Program-made: the position numbers and the translations under genes | Notes under the pieces: generated by a model | The model's input: only the letters and a program-made list of their open reading frames with translations | Databases searched by the model: none | What the model was told of the DNA's origin: nothing | Shown here: piece by piece, positions 41,861 through 42,718 of the stretch | How the letters are laid out: each line of letters starts with the position of its first letter | How positions within the stretch are numbered: the stretch's first letter is position 1 | IMG/VR virus record: IMGVR_UViG_3300014011_000001 | Location: 1 to 42,718 of that record | Length of the DNA stretch: 42,718 bases | Direction: 5' to 3' (one strand) | Source: a virus

Positions 41861-42670
41861 ATGAATTTACTAATCAACGAGCCTCCACTTCAAGTCCTAC
41901 CTAGCCTAGCAGTTAAGGTTGGGCTGAATGAGGCAATCATCTTACAGCAACTGCACTACAGGCTGTTGATCTCAACAAATATTTATGATGGCCATAAATG
42001 GGTGTTTAATACATACCAAAAATGGCATAAGGAGTTCCCTTTTTTATCTGAACGAACAATACAAAGAGTCTTTTTGGATCTTGAAGCAGATGGCTATATT
42101 GTCTCAACAGATAAATACAACAAATTTCGTGCAGATAAAACAAAATGGTACCGAATTGACTATTCAAAACTTGGTTATGAAGCCACACGACAAGTTGGCA
42201 CTAGCGACACGACAAATTGGCATGAGGGAAATGCCAAAAAGGCCTGCCCTGATGACGCAAATTTGGCAGAGCTAGATCACGACAAATCGGCACTAGCAAT
42301 AACCAAAGATATTAAGAGTAATAAGAATAATAATGTTGAGTTGTCACTCAACGTTGAAATTATTAACTACTTAAATCAAAAAGCGAATAAACATTTCAAG
42401 CCAAATTCAACTGCTACAAAAAAACTTATCAACGCAAGATTGCGTGATGGCTATACCATGGAGCAATTTAAACAAGTCATTGATCTAAAAGTAAAGCAGT
42501 GGTCAAACAATCCAGATATGCAGAACTATTTACGACCAAGCACTTTGTTCAATGCCACTAATTTTGAAAATTACTGTAATGAGGTGCCAATAAAGCAATC
42601 AAGTAATACCCAAGTACAAACATCCAAGTTACAACGACCACAACTTAATTTTGGAGTGGATGATGAATGA
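41861..42670 (+). CDS. Phage replication organizer / DnaD-domain protein
   Basis: N-terminal LPSLAVKVGLNEAIILQQLHYRL plus wHTH. The C-terminal INYLNQKANKHFKPNSTATKKLINARLRDGYTMEQFKQVIDLKVKQWSNNPDMQNYLRPSTLFNATNFENY is the conserved DnaD-like phage C-terminal domain. The stop overlaps the helicase start. Confidence 0.8.
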   Translation: MNLLINEPPLQVLPSLAVKVGLNEAIILQQLHYRLLISTNIYDGHKWVFNTYQKWHKEFPFLSERTIQRVFLDLEADGYIVSTDKYNKFRADKTKWYRIDYSKLGYEATRQVGTSDTTNWHEGNAKKACPDDANLAELDHDKSALAITKDIKSNKNNNVELSLNVEIINYLNQKANKHFKPNSTATKKLINARLRDGYTMEQFKQVIDLKVKQWSNNPDMQNYLRPSTLFNATNFENYCNEVPIKQSSNTQVQTSKLQRPQLNFGVDDE

Positions 42671-42718
42671 ATCAAGATATTAGCATGGAGCTCATTGAGA
42701 AAAGCATCTTGGCAACAA
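42612..42718. repeat. Second copy of the 107-bp terminal duplication (identical to 1-107); 42667-42718 repeats the 5' end of the helicase gene
   Basis: Base-by-base identity with the window start. Confidence 0.95.

Overview
The window is one complete, circularly closed phage genome. The first 107 nt are identical to the last 107 nt, so the unique length is 42,611 bp. It looks like a temperate phage of a low-GC Firmicute (Bacillaceae-like) that also carries a plasmid-maintenance island, i.e. a phage-plasmid. Gene order: DnaB-type helicase; about 20 small early ORFs, including a MazG-like NTP pyrophosphohydrolase; an ArpU-like late regulator plus a 193-aa tyrosine recombinase; a lambda-like packaging and head module (Nu1-like TerS, GpA-type TerL, gpW, lambda-family portal, ClpP/S49 protease-scaffold, gpD-like decoration protein, gpE-like capsid, gpZ-like protein); a P2-like contractile tail (sheath, tube, -1 frameshifted chaperone, tape measure, gpX/D/V/U/W/J/I homologues); a BNR-propeller tail fibre; XkdX; an orphan N6/N4 DNA methyltransferase; and a holin plus amidase endolysin. 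Next comes an accessory island with HicAB, a Zn-ribbon/PH-like protein, a 206-aa HTH-like protein, and a 1.8-kb AT-rich, almost ORF-free stretch holding phased repeats, convergent promoters and a small 2-TM protein. It is followed by a serine resolvase, two DnaA boxes, a Rep gene with a terminator in its leader, an actin-like ParM with adaptor and palindromic centromere-like repeats, an XRE regulator, a CI(S24)/Cro switch with four 14-bp operators, and a DnaD-like replication organizer. I saw no rRNA, tRNA, CRISPR array, transposase or full-size integrase. All family assignments come from motif recognition by eye; no database search was run. The best candidates for undescribed biology are the AT-rich repeat and convergent-promoter region with its small membrane protein, the uncharacterised genes beside HicAB, the Rep leader control region, and the mini tyrosine recombinase with a nearby dif-like site.
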